A stretch of 62,980 nt of DNA, the filler included, from Choristocarpus tenellus KU-1152 (lineage: Eukaryota > Protista > Phaeophyceae): assembly GCA_964200185.2 (NCBI GenBank). It is 9 parts of 9 records of this genome, joined end to end, with 100 filler letters (N's around TTAATTAATTAA, not from the genome) between each part and the next. Parts side by side here need not be neighbours in the genome. Positions count along the whole stretch, not along the records: positions 7,522 to 13,624 come from CAXNAD020008929.1; positions 13,725 to 20,259 come from CAXNAD020007916.1; positions 20,360 to 28,838 come from CAXNAD020004665.1; 6 more parts are not named here. One strand, written 5' to 3'. This document shows, piece by piece, positions 13,342 to 26,454 of the stretch. The notes beneath the pieces are model-generated. The model ran no database searches and was not told where the DNA came from. It saw only the letters and a program-made list of their open reading frames with translations. The stretch's first letter is position 1. Each line of letters opens with the position of its first letter. The position numbers and the translations under genes are program-made.

Positions 13342-13724
13342 GTGAGTTTTTTTTTTTCATGATACTATTATATTTATTGTTATAATTATCTTATTTTTGT
13401 TTTTATTTTTGTGCCCCTCACTCACGGTGTGGCGTAGTATAGTGCTTGGATACTGTTATGCCAACCTGAGATCTCTTCTTCTTTTATTTCTTTACTGTGT
13501 ACTGGTATCACTTATTGCTACCGCCATTGCCCATCCTTGCTGATTCGTGGATACAGGGGGGGGGGGGGGGGGGGGGGTGGTTTTTTGGCTGGGGGGGAAG
13601 AAAAAAAAAAAAACATGTAGGGGGNNNNNNNNNNNNNNNNNNNNNNNNNNNNNNNNNNNNNNNNNNNNTTAATTAATTAANNNNNNNNNNNNNNNNNNNN
13701 NNNNNNNNNNNNNNNNNNNNNNNN

Positions 13725-16330
13725 ACTGGGATAAAGTGTCGATATGTTTTTATTGTATTTAAAAAAAACATATCGACACTTTATCCCAGTCAATTTTGGG
13801 TCAAGCCCATCCTCAATGAAAAGCTCCATCCTCAGTTTTTGAAATCGGCTGTTAAATGCAGAATCATGAACTAATGTCCATGATTTTCCTAATTCATCAG
13901 AAGGGCGTGCCATAAAATGTTTACGAGTGAAATTTAGGAGGAGTTCTGTCAGATCTGCATAATGTGGTACACATTTTCGACAAGATTGCACGTACCAATA
14001 ATGGAATGACCATATTTGATTGTTTGTTGTGTGGGAAGATCAACAATTGCTTGAATGCAAGCCTTACCTAAGACGTACCCCTGCACTAGAAACAGTATGT
14101 CCAAGGTGATCAACTTCTGCTGGGCCAAACTTCGGTTTGTAAGTTTTTTAAGTAAGCCCAATATATTCAAGAGCAATAAAAAGCTTCTCAAGTAAAGCTA
14201 TATAATATTCCCAGGCGGAACAAAGAATGAGGCCATCCATACAGCAAAGTAGACTTGACCCAGTGCCAAAATCAGATAGAGCTCGAGAAATCATGTGTTG
14301 AAAAATATAGGGGCATTGCTAACTCCTTAAGGGAGTCGTTTCCATACAAACTTGCTTTTATAAGTGGCAAAAGCAGTCATGTCAGTATCTACTTCCGCCA
14401 GAGGAACTTCATATGCTTATGGTACATCTGTATCAGAGAGAAATATTGCTGCACCAATGGAATCAAGATGCTCCTCAGCTAAAGGAATGGGCCGAGAACG
14501 ATTAACTTAGTGTTTATTGAAGATCCTTCGAATCTATGCATAATCTTGGAGTCCCACCCGCTTTGGCTACAATAGCAACAGGGGGCCCTAAGGGCTAGAG
14601 CGAGCTTCAATTATTTATTAGCTCGATAAATCTTCAACACATGTATCTAAAATACTTCTGAAATGCAGATCGCCTCGATATAGTGCCCATAAAATAGGTC
14701 GAGTGCGCCTGTTTTGAGGAGAAAATCTAGCTCAGCAATTGCGCAAGTCCCCAATTCTGAGGGTATTGAGGGGAAACACTGAACAGAATCTGGCACAAGA
14801 TCCAGTGTTTCTTGCATTTGAGGGGTTGGAAAAGTTGTGCTGGTGAAAGCGGATTTCAGAGCAGTGTTGAGACGAGTTTATTTGGATGAAGGCAGAAATG
14901 TTGTTGAAGATAGAGCACTAAAGTCGTCATGTTTTGTGCAGATTATATCTATTGGGTAGAAATTGCAAAGTAACGTATATTTTGGTACATAAACTTTGTT
15001 CGGAAGACATGTCAGCAAGTTGTACCAACTCTGAGCCATCTTCAGCATTCCACATTGTCACTGTTCGAGCAATAGCAACAAACTGCCAAAGATCCTAGGC
15101 ATTTAATGGATCAATATCATGGAATGAACAGATCCATGGTTCTGAAACATCACAAGGTAGTCGATGGGATTTTATCACTAATAGCAGGTACAAGAGTTCT
15201 GACTCTGGGAGAATGGATGTTTTTTTCCTGGAGACTATATGGGGCAGGTTGAACTTGAGAATATATAGTTTCTATTTTGAAAAGGGAAAGGTGAAATATC
15301 AGATGGAGAATGGGCAGTACAATGTATGGCAGGTGTAGAAGTGTTACCTTTCCGGAATGACAACGTCTGAGCATTCCAGCCATGTGTTACTCCTAGGGCA
15401 TCAAGAACACTGTTATCGAAAAGGATATCATCAGGCGCTAATGTGGGCAATGCCAAGGCCTGGAATAATGTCGTCCCTGAACTGTAGAGAAACCATCTCA
15501 AACCCGATCGCGGTCAAGGCACTGCCATCTTTGAAACATTGGTCGATTTTAACTGGTGGAAGAGATGAATGCGGGAATTCTTGCAGGAAGTGTGGGCACG
15601 TTAAAATAAAGTGTAACAAATGGATGGGATGTCACTAGACGTGTCTAAAGCCAGTAATTTGCCCTTCAAGACGAATACATCTAGAAGATGATTTGAGACA
15701 TAAAGGAGAAGAGGCATAGGACGACAAGGTACTCACGACCAATGTTGAATTAGTAATGTGATGAGGGTTACGGTCTGCATCTGAAGGAAAATCGGACGTA
15801 ATGTGTGTTTATTATGGCTGTCCCAAGGAATAAATTGTCCTTGAGATGCGAGGGGTACTGAGTGCTTATTGAAGGTTTGGAGAATGGTGAACTGGACGTA
15901 TGGGACACAAGCAGTATATATGGCCGAGACAATAGTGAATAAAGTTGGTGCTGGAGAAGCAGTCAGTGGAATTATTTTGCGTCTGGAGTGCTTGTAATGG
16001 GTAGGTGAGAGTGATTCAACTGTGCCTTCCATGCTCTGGAAATAGCATGCTAATATTGGGATATAAGACGGAATGAAATTAGAACATGCATATGGTCCGT
16101 TTATCACGTTGTGGATCGTGAAGTTGAAGTTAGAAGGTGGTCAGTGCTTGCATTTTGCATATCGGTCCAACACTCCTGTGTTAAAAACAAGTACATATAT
16201 TTGTCGCACCATTATTTGTGATAGCCATATATCCACCAAAACGTGTTCAAGTATTTCTCGTACCACTCACCTGTCTATGAAACACGGACAAATATTTGTA
16301 AGTACCATCCTCCTATCTATGTGGGAAAGA
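13725..16330 (-). mobile_element. Decayed Ty3/gypsy LTR retrotransposon (gag knuckle, protease, RT)
   Basis: RT motifs: APVAIVAKAGGTPRLCID (~14530-14590); TAFATY..WKRLP*GVSNAP; CMDGLI (YxDD-like); AIVDLPT..IIGTCN..RKCVPHYADLT..W..HDSAF. Protease tail LPTLAPDDILFDNSVLDALG at ~15400-15460. Knuckle-like CLGHI..CP at ~15900. Many frameshifts. Confidence 0.85.
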
Positions 16331-16795
16331 TGGACAGACGACTGAGTCTGACCGTAATGTATTGTCCTTCTCACCACAACTTGTACTCCAGTACAATATT
16401 TTGATTTGTCAACATTTCATCATGTCATCAGAAGATTTATCCCAAACCACTCTCAGAAATACGAGTGGGTAGCAATGATTCGGATCCACAAAAGAGAGAG
16501 TTAACTCTTCAATATTTGATTTTTGAGGATGTACCCCAAATTCATTATTATGCTCTCTGACATTTTCCATATGTGCCATAGGAAAAACTAATGAGAACTA
16601 TTCACATCATGTCTGAAAAATCCCTAAAGAAGTGGCAGTTCCTCAACCTACACAACTCAAATTTATGGGAGGAACCACCCTTCATTTGCCTGAAATAGAC
16701 TCGAGCAGCACAGATGGGATTTGATTTGTCCGACGCGTGAAAAGTTTGGCTCCTTCCCTCACACATCTCCAAAATGTCACAAGGCATAAGAGTAT
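16330..16795 (-). mobile_element. hAT-like transposase fragment (C-terminal part)
   Basis: SFVDPNHCYPLVFLR at ~16450-16497 (LDPRF-like) matches [16 protein letters not shown] at ~51940-51990. MPCDILEMCEGRSQ at ~16745-16787 recurs at 18925-18967 and ~51635-51670. Confidence 0.5.
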
Positions 16796-16799
16796 GACA

Positions 16800-17160
16800 T
16801 CACATCCACTGCTAGAGTTCTTTTGACCTTCTTAGTTTAAATTCCAACACTTTCGAAGTGGAAAGTATTGTGCGCGTCGTCAAGCAAGCAAAAATATTTT
16901 TAGAGTTGGCTACACATACAGTGGGGGGGAGAGGGCCAGGAGGTTATGGCAGGAAAGAAGCTATCAAATCCCGTTCATGACAAGTAGTATCCGTCACTGC
17001 ACAGGTGACTCTCTTCTTGAGACGCGTCATGCGTTTTAAGCTAGATTCACCAGGCAGATTGAGAAGAAGGAGCCTATCAGATTCTTAGGATGCTTCCCTC
17101 GCTCCTCGTCCAATTGTACAGGATTAAGCTAGGTTGGAGGCATAGCAGCAGTGTACACAT
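16800..17160 (+). mobile_element. Short 3'-end copy of a CRE-like non-LTR retrotransposon
   Basis: Translates as SFDLLSLNSNTFEVESIVRVVKQAKIFLELATHTVGG..AIKSRS*QVVSVTAQV. It is colinear with 18475-18800 at DNA and protein level. Confidence 0.65.
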
Positions 17161-17359
17161 AACATTGAAATTACGAGCTTTTATGGGAGAGGTGTTGTAT
17201 AGCTGATATTCGAATAGTACGTAGTTTTTGGAGAGGTATCTTTTGCATTTACGACAACTACTGTTGCTTTGACAGGGGTATTTGTGACGTTGATATTGGC
17301 TTTTTCGTGATACGTCTGGAAAATGTTGGAGGGTATAATAATATTTAAATATAATGTGT

Positions 17360-18800
17360 CGTTATGGTGACATACATGTACAAAATTGGTAGTGCAGTTC
17401 ATAGCGACATGCCAACCCACCAATCCCCTCGTATCTGGTTAGCAGCGATCTCGGCTCAGAGTATCTGGGNNNNNNNNNNCAGAGCCCCGACGTTGGGGTT
17501 GCCCCCAATCCGGGCGCACAGGCTTCGGGGGGGGGGGGGTGACGGTTGACCCTTTTTTGGGGTCAATTTTTTTGATGTCGCGATTTTTGGGTAATTTGGT
17601 TCCATACGTCGGATGGATAATGCAAATGCACTTTTCCTGATTTTGGGCAAATGGACACCCCTGGTGTAGACCCCCCTCCCCAGATACTTCAGGTCCTCCT
17701 CTCAACAGGAGTACCTTCAGAAGACTTGACGGGAATTATTGGCCAAGGCTGGGTAGCCTGGGGGGAAACAACAACCCCCACACCTGCTGCCCAGAGGTCC
17801 ACACTCTACCAGCCCATGATGCCAGGATCACAAGGAGGGCACAACACGAGATTACCCACGTCCTGGACAGGATCCGTTTCGACTCTTTCCGGACGCATTT
17901 GGCCAATCTACCAGATGATGCAGAATAGGGGAGGGAAAGTTCCTCACTAGCCCTGACCCACCACTGGAGTCAGTGTGGACAAGGAGCAAGTGCATGGGCC
18001 TCCACACATAAAACCTGGAACCAGCTCGCCAGATCCCTCCCATAGAGTTTAGACTCACCGCCAGCAAATTCCTAGGGAGGGAGGAGGCCCTCTATTCAAC
18101 AGGTGCCCAGTGGCTGGGTGCAGGAGGCAAAATATGGACACTAGACATGCTCGTGCCCGCCCTAGGGCAGTGGGACAGGTCCGCCAAAATACACCAATGG
18201 TGAAGCGTCTAGGTCAACTCTGCAAAGGAACGGACATCTCTTGCACTGTGGAGGACGGTAGCCCATTCACAGTGGACTGGAATATCTGGATGGATCTGGT
18301 CTTCTATGCTGGGGCACTTGCGGACATCAGATCAGCTCTCTACCAGGACAGAGGACTCCTCCTAGATGGTACGTGTGCAGAAGTGCAAGCAGCCTCCCAT
18401 CTACCTAACTCATCCACCAGCAATGGTGTAGCTGCTGCTGCAGCTGAGGCGCAAAGGCGAACCTGCTACGAGCGTTCTTCTGACCCTCGTAGTTATAACC
18501 TCAATATCTTTGCGGTGGATGTTTTGGGCGCCTTGGTAAGCAAGCAGAGAGTTTTCTAGACGAGTTGGCTACGCACACGGTAGGGAGGAGAGGTGTGGGA
18601 GGCTAGAATAGGAAAGGAGCTGTCAAATCCCGTTTACGACAGATAGTGTCTGTCACAACACAAGTGGCTCTATCAAGATGTGTCAAGCACTTTAAGCTGG
18701 AGACACCAGGGAGATAGGCAAGGAGGGGTCTATCAGATTCTTGGAATACCTCCCCTGCTCCTCGTCCTGTAGTGTAGGGCTAAGCTAGGTTGGAGATATA
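17360..18800 (+). mobile_element. 5'-truncated CRE-clade (restriction-like endonuclease) non-LTR retrotransposon, interrupted by a MITE
   Basis: ORF 18110..18559 has the degenerate Zn-knuckle plus RLE tail pattern of CRE elements: C..GCR..MDTRHA..., LLLD, AAAAAEAQRRTCY, FAVDVLG. A frameshifted continuation reads KSRLRQIVSVTTQ. Confidence 0.7.
17453..17695. mobile_element. MITE family A copy (contains a 10-N gap), nested in the CRE-like element
   Basis: ggctcagagtatctggg ... cccagatacttcaggtc. The interior is colinear with 59856-60015 and is the reverse complement of 12392-12622. ctc flanks both sides (possible 3-bp TSD). Confidence 0.8.
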
Positions 18801-18809
18801 GGAGGGAAG

Positions 18810-19640
18810 TGGTGTAGCATAGCTGGCAGTCAAATAATAAATCGGTAACAGAAAGAGATGTTTCACATTTACGACAACTGTTACTTTTATACAAGGGTTC
18901 TTACGATATTGAATTGGCTTTTCACTGACTTTTCCCCTGACAAATCTTCAAAATGTCAGAGGGCATAATAATATAATTTTTAAAACTATATTTACTTCCC
19001 CACCCCTTACCAGCTCCGTCAGGTACGTAATGCATTGTAAGACCACGTAATTCCTGTCCATCCATCCGTCAGTGTCTATAGGTTTCCAGTACCGGCTCTC
19101 GTACTTGCGCATACGGTCGCCCACGCGCTCGCGCATATATATTTCAATTTGAAAGATAAGAAACCTCTCCCTGTTGAATCTTCTCCACCATGATCCAGAT
19201 CTTTTGCTTCACCTTTTGTGGTTTTGTGTAAAATAGAAACATACAGGTGAACCTCACGGGCCCTCCTCTCTCTCCCGTCCCCACATCTGCTGAGGGGCCA
19301 GTCCCTCCCAAAAAGTCTATTCATACTATGGAAGTTTAAAAAAAACTAAAGGTGGGTAACTTACAAGAGAAATCGACCATATTTCTACTCGAGTAAAAAA
19401 AAAACACGAGTACAAAACGAAACTCCTCTCCTTCGAAGTTGTTGCTTCTCTCCTCTTCTTAATATACTGGAGAGTCAAAGTAAATGAGGCGTACCCAGGT
19501 TTTTTGGCGTTTTGCATTATAAGTCAGTTTTCAATCTTTTGCAATTCACCCGTATTTCTATCAATGCTCATCTAAGTTTGACTTGACATGTTTTTTTCCT
19601 CTGTTGTTTGAAACATTTGGACTTGATTCGGAAAACCCTA
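18810..19640 (-). mobile_element. hAT-like transposase fragment (N-terminal catalytic part) with candidate terminus
   Basis: IDTDGWMDRNY / GLTMHYV at ~19020-19080 resembles the hAT TxDxWT..YxxxTxH motif. The minus strand begins TAGGGTTTTCCGAATC at 19640, a hAT-like end. Confidence 0.6.
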
Positions 19641-21679
19641 TACACGTTTGTAAAAAAAGTCAACTTTTGCACATATGTATGCGCTGACATCCATAATATG
19701 CAACTCTGGGTACTGGGTACCTTTCATTTACTTTGACTCTGGATTCGGATCATAACAAATAGGTAGGGTGGCCCTCCCCTTCCATGGAAGGAACGCATAT
19801 GGAGTGAGGAGGTGAGCTAGGATATACTACTATTAGGTAGGATATAGTCCTGTTATATATATATATACATAGCATAGCTCATACGTAGGACAGAAATCAA
19901 CGCAACACAAGCTCCTTTGCATGCAAGGACACAAGGAGTCGCAGCATGCTCCCTTCTCTCCTCCCCTGTCCAATATGCAATCCCTAAGGGATCCAGCCCC
20001 TCCCAGAAGGGCCTACGTAATATTTGGTGCCATGTCGTGCGTTTGGAATCAAATGTACCATCAGATGCCTTCAATAATATTCAATGGTATCTAATCTCCC
20101 TAAAGTGGTATATAGATCAATCCACTAAGTTTATCACCCGTGCATAAGTTGTCACATCATTCATATATATGGTTTTCCATGCTTTATCCAATCCACAGTA
20201 TTAAAATGAAAAATATCTGGGGGTGGGGGGGGGTCTACACCAGGGTGTCCATTTGGGTCNNNNNNNNNNNNNNNNNNNNNNNNNNNNNNNNNNNNNNNNN
20301 NNNTTAATTAATTAANNNNNNNNNNNNNNNNNNNNNNNNNNNNNNNNNNNNNNNNNNNNCCTGTAGGTAGGAATGATCCTGGGGTGATAAGAGGGGGAGG
20401 GGGATTGGCTTGTGAAAAGGGGGAGGGAATGCTTCGTGGAAGGCAGTGTGTAGTGTGTAGTGTGTAGTGTGTTTGTATATGTATGTGTGTTTTGGCTATT
20501 ACGTTTTGAAGGGGCACTGGCCCTGCTTTGCACTTTCTTATTCTTATATTTTATTTGAGTTGTCTCAAATGATATTACATCATGGTTGTTTTTGTTATTA
20601 TAATGGTTATTATTGTTGTTGAGCTAATAGGTTATAGCATGTGAAGCTTTGTTGTAAATGTCTCTCTCACTATGTGTGTGGGTATGAGGTTTTTGTTTTT
20701 GTTTTTCTGGAGTGTGTTGTCGATATTCAATTTGTTGTGCTGGTTGGTGCTGCGCAGTGTTGAGGTTTGTTGTGTGTGTTGTGTGTGTTGTGTGCCGGTC
20801 TGTATGATGAAAGACTTGTTTATGTGTTAAAAATGGGGGTAGATTTTCTTATGTTGAGGTTTTGACTCAGATTCTGCTGACAGATTTGTATTTTACACAT
20901 CATGGCACTGCCTACCTGTAATGGTTAGTGTAGTCAATCGGAATGGTATGTTTTGAGTTGTTCTTTCATTGGTTCTGATATGCGGTTGTTATGTCCCATT
21001 GCTAGACCTACGCATTCATTCATTTGGTGTGATGCTTGCAAAGTGTAGCATTATTTGATGGAATGGTTTTGCTGAGAATTGTGGTGGATTGATTGCTATG
21101 GAGAGTTTGGATGCGTTGGTTTGTTCTTGTGGCTTGAAGATGAGCTGTAACGAGTATATGCAATGTTCTTTTTTTTTTAAAGCATTTTTTGTTTGTTGTT
21201 GCAGTTAGTATGTATGGCGTAGCACCTATTCATGTGTGATGATGTGGGGCTTAGAAGGTGGTGTGCGCTGGTGCGCGTGTGGTTTTTGTAGAGAGGCATT
21301 TTTTTTACCCGATGGGACCATGCTCACTAAAAATGCAGAGAGCAGATGAGTATGTCAAGAAGGTAAAAGAGACGGCTGTAAGCAATGCCAACAGTAGTGG
21401 CGATTTTGTTGTTGTTATTGTTGTCTTGTTTTGAGGCTATAGGTTACCTCTTTTCTTTTTTGAGACCGGTTGTGTATTGGGGGTATTTTGTGGAAGAATA
21501 GTTTGTATTCGTTCTGTTTGATTATTATTCTTATTATTCTTACTGTGACTCTGCTGTTGGATGTGTTGGAAGCCCCAACCCTATCCCCATCATGTTAGTA
21601 TTTCAGTGAGTTCAGTAGTAGTTCTCGTTATCGATGTATTGAGAGATTTTCCTTGCCCATCGATGCTGCACCTGGACAG

Positions 21680-22122
21680 GTTGGGTGATGATGGAGACGG
21701 CAGATGGTGCCGTGTACTACCAGGATAACATCAACAGGACCACATCGTGGGAGAGGCCCATGGCAGCGCCTTCCTCCATGACCAGGTCTGGGAGGAGCGT
21801 GTCGGAGTCGGAGGAGGGCCCTCTACCTGAAGGTGTGTGTTGAGGGGTATAGACTTGATGGGAGGGCTCTGATAGCATCTCCCGTGTGTTGTGGGTAGGG
21901 GGGGTTATTAACAGTAGTTTTGTTTATTGGAGGGTCGGTGAGTTTGCCGATGCTGTGGAGGGAGGGAAAAAGGAACTGGTGTTTGGGTTTGGTGTTCGAT
22001 GTGGTGTTACCTTTGATGTGTGTGTGTGTGTGTGTGTGAAATGATTAATGTAGTGTTGAGTAGGTGGAAGGGTTGGGGTAGTTTGTGTATGGAGTGAGAT
22101 GTTTTGTGTTTTGCTTGGTTGA

Positions 22123-22160
<38 letters not shown>

Positions 22161-25100
22161 GTTCTAGTAGTAGTAGTAGTGGTAGCATTCATGTTAGAGT
22201 AAGGGATCTGAGACCCATGTTTGAAAGGTATTATGAAGGTAATATACACTGGTTGAGAAAAGGTAACAAGTGCCACAGAAGAAAAAGAAAGAACGGCAGT
22301 TAGGAGGAAAAGAACAAATATTAGAAAAGTGGGGTGATAATGTGGTATGTGTGTGTGTTGATGTTAATGTTGCGTGTTTCTATTATTGGTGTAGTAGTAT
22401 TATCTTGATGCTTGGTTTTGAACTATCACCATCTTACTGGTTTGATGGCATGAGGTGAGGTGATTCTGTGGGTGAGTTTTTATTTGTGGTATTTGTGGTG
22501 TTTGTGGTATATGATGTATGTTTAATGTTTGTGATATATGATGTATGTTTTATTTTGTGGTATATGATGTATGTTTTATGTTTGTGATGTATGATGTATG
22601 TTTTATTTTTGTGATATATGATGTATGTTTTATGTTTGTGATACATGATGTATGTTTTTTGCTTATGATATATGATGTGTATGTTTTATGTTTGTGATAT
22701 ATGGTGTATGTTTTATGTTTTTGATATATGATGTATGTTTGATTTTTGTGATACATGATGTATGTTTGATGTTTGTGATGTATGATGTATGTTTGATTTT
22801 TGTGATATATGATGTATGTTTGATGTTTGTGATATATGATGTATGTTTTATGCTTGTGACATGTGTTAGCAACATGTGTTGGGTAAACAGTGATTCCTCT
22901 CTTTTCCAACAAATGTTCTTTGTTGATAGGTTGGTCACAAGCGATTTCTCCAGATGGTAGGGTTTACTACATAAACGATATTGATAGGATTACCACCTGG
23001 ACCAAACCCACTTCTCCATCCAGTGTACCCCCTGGGGGGCGGAATCCTGCACGATGTGAGTGATCTATGATGTGGAGGGGGAGGAGGATGTGGTACAGAC
23101 GAACCTTGTTGGAACGTGAAACATTGGGTGGTTTGGTTTGGATGGGGTGGTTCTTTAGTTTCAGTTCCATGTTAGGGGGGTGACCTTTGTGTGATAGTGT
23201 AGTGTCAGTTATGGCAAGTGATAGGTGTTGGTAATGCTTGACTTGATACAAAAAAGATTGTACTCCTTTTCCAACCCTGCCCCCCCATCCCCTCCTGCTG
23301 CCTTACCTGAATTTTTTCAGGCCCGGCCCCGACGTTCATCATTCACTATGGTGTGAAGGCAGTAAAATCAGGTGAGAAATGAATCAACGTGGCTCCCAAG
23401 AAGGCTGTTGTGTGTGGAAGATACAAGAGCTGAATGTTGTAGCACCTATGTATTTGGTCACCATGTCCCTTGTGTAGACTATTCTCAACACTCTGTATGA
23501 AAACAGCAATGTTTTTGGCAATGGGCTCAAGGAATTCTTCACTCAAGTGATACGTTGAGATGATATTTGAGCTGTTTTTGTCTTGTGTTCCTTCCCAATC
23601 CCCCCCTCGTCCTTTTCCCCCCCTACCCCCTCCTCCCCTGGAGGACAGCCCTGGAGCTATTTTTGTTTTATTTTATTTTTCTGGACAATTGTGTTGATAT
23701 TAGTAGTGTTCCCCTTTGCTTCTGTGGGAGTGGTAGAAGATTGTCTATCTGCACTGAGGGGGGGAAGGAGTGTGTGTGTACTGTGTTATCGTTCTTATTT
23801 TGTTATTGTTTCTGATTGGTCAAGGTTTGCACCTGTTGTCTTACATCGGTGTTGAGTATTACATGCTCCTACTTCAATATCAATATTTTTTTTTAGTAAT
23901 GACACGTATATTATATGTTCTGATACCTGTGATCTTCCTTACTGTGATATGTGACATGTGACATGTGACATGTTGGTGTGAGGAGTGCATCAGTGAGCAG
24001 TCATTCTGGCAGTTATTTCAGTGCACTGAGACGTGGGGGTATAAAAGGGGGAGGTGTGGAGTATGGATTCAAAGTAGTACTTTTATCTTTTATCTGGTAT
24101 ATAAGGTGAAGATTTTCTTGTAATTATGATAATGCTAACACTCTATTTTGTCTCTTGGGTGTTTTGATTACGTGTCAGGGAGAGGAGAATGTTTCGCATC
24201 AATTGTGTCTGTACAACAGAGGCTGTTTGACTGTTTGGTCATTTTTAGATGTTATTTCCCTTCTGAATGTAGTCTGGTTAGGGTTAGGGTTAGGGTTAGG
24301 GTTAGGGTTAGGGTTAGGGAACGGCGGCAGTCTTTTTGTGTATTGAGAGTTGTAGTTTTTTGTGATGATGGTTGGTGAAGGGAAGCGACATTTTTTTTCT
24401 TTTATTGTGGAATACACTTGCGCAGGCGTGCATTTTGATTTTTGTTGTGTATTCATGGTAAATGTTGATTGTTTCCTACCTAGTGCAGTACATTCAACAA
24501 TCCAGTGTGGTGGCACTATTACCTCTGTTGATATCTTCACAATGGTTTTGGTATGTTAGTAGTATGGCTGACTCTACCCTTGGTGTTTGGGGTTGTGGTG
24601 TATACAAGTAATTCCACTCTGTTTTGAAGTTTACTGGCGAGAATGAGCCGCCCGCCCCTCCCCGTCATGTTCAACTTTTTGCTTCTGCACTGTTTTGAAA
24701 CAGTGCAGTTACTCCTCAGGCTCCAGCACTTAGGAAGTGGTAGGATATGAGGAAAACTGCTCAGACAAGTTTCTGGCACTATTAATGACTTTGTTATCGA
24801 TATGAATATATTCAAATGATGCAGGAGTACAAGTGTACACAAAAGTGTGAAATTGAAGATTAAACTCGTTGATACATCTCCCCCCCCCTGGCCCACAAAG
24901 GTGGAAACAGTGACAGAGAAATCTTGACTCCAGCCTTAGCAGAGGACTCAGAGCTTCCTCCAGGTGTGCATATTTTGACTGCCTCGTGATCCCCCTCATT
25001 GCTTGTCTTGTGCTTAGTAGTTCTATGATACCAGCCCCCGCCCCCCTGCCTACCTTTGCCACCTTCAGTAACCCCGAGACAGTCTTATCTTAACTTGGAA

Positions 25101-26408
25101 TATTATTCTGACCTTGAACTTGGGATTTCTTTTATTTCTTTTATTTTTTTGTGTAAATGTTGTGTTTCGTTGTGTGATGAAAAAAGGATGCTTAAATCTG
25201 GTTTAGGTAAAAAAATGGCAGTGTTGTGGTAGGGGATGGACTTGATTAGGGAGTAATACAACATTGAGGTTAGGGAGATAGGAGGGCAATATCTAGCATG
25301 CAGTACTCTAGTTGGATTGTTGGATATTCCCATGTTTTGTCTTGGGGATATAGATACATGTAGTGCTCAGGTTGATGGTATAAACCTGCTGTGTCCTTAG
25401 AAACGTTTTAGGTTATTTGCTTTCGAAGTGTTCTGTTGGTTATCATCTTGAGTCTTCATCAGGTAAATGTTCTAAAAAGCATCAGAAGTACCCCCTTCCC
25501 CTTACCTCTCACCCTCACGCAAACTCCCCCCCCCCCAGTCTTATTTTAACCTCCAATATTACCCTGTTAACCGGAATCCATTTTTCTCTTCCCCTCCTCC
25601 TCCCTCACCAAATTTTGGACAATGCGATGAACCAACATTGTTCTTTTTTTTCTTTACATGGAGTAGGTTGGGAGAAGAAATTCGACAGCAATAACAACCA
25701 GTTCTTTATAGATCACAACACCGGAACCACTTCCTGGAACCTGCCATCGACACCCATGCCGACTTGGCCTGTCAATGGCCAAGGCGCAAGGGCACAGGGT
25801 AGCAATAGGAGCATGTCGAATAGGACTGAGTCAGGATCATCGCTGTCAGCTTCTGTAAAGCTCCCACATGGTATGATATGATTTGCAGAACTTGAATCTT
25901 GTAACTGTTTTTTTTTATTTTTTATGTTGCTATGTGTGTCGTGTGGTTCTGTTATAATGGTACTGTTGTGCCTATTGTTAAATTTTAAAAAATCCGATCT
26001 CAAAAGTCTTCAATTTTTTTGTATTTTTTTGTATTTTTGTGTAGTTTTGTGTATCTGTATTTTGTACTTTTTTTCTGAACTAAGTTTTGTAAAGATGAGG
26101 TTGAAAAAACAGTTTAATTAAAAAAAATAAATGTTCTTACCCATGACCGTCCTTGTGCAAGTGCTGTACAACAACATTTGTGCATGACCTTTCTTGACCT
26201 GAGGTTTTGTGTTTGGATTTGGTTCAGGGTCTTGTTGAGATTTCTGACCTCTTGCTGTGCTATCTGTGGGTCCACTCCCTCCGTTTCTTGGTCGCTGCTG
26301 TTTGAAGGAGTTGGGCGACCATTGATGACGTTTTTTTTTATCACTTTGTTATTTATTTGATTGTTTACTACCTCCAAGCGGATGAGAACAAGCTTTTCAT
26401 TACACATG

Positions 26409-26454
<46 letters not shown>

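Noticed and set aside
16903-18800. Diverged direct repeats (16903-17140 and 18562-18800) as a pair of LTRs
   Set aside because: They translate as the C-terminal continuation of a CRE-like non-LTR ORF, and no TG..CA ends or PBS/PPT are evident.
21310-21362. Possible first exon of the WW gene ending in aag|gtaaaa
   Set aside because: The open frame ends in phase 0 while the next exon needs phase 1, and the phase-1 frame has a stop shortly upstream.
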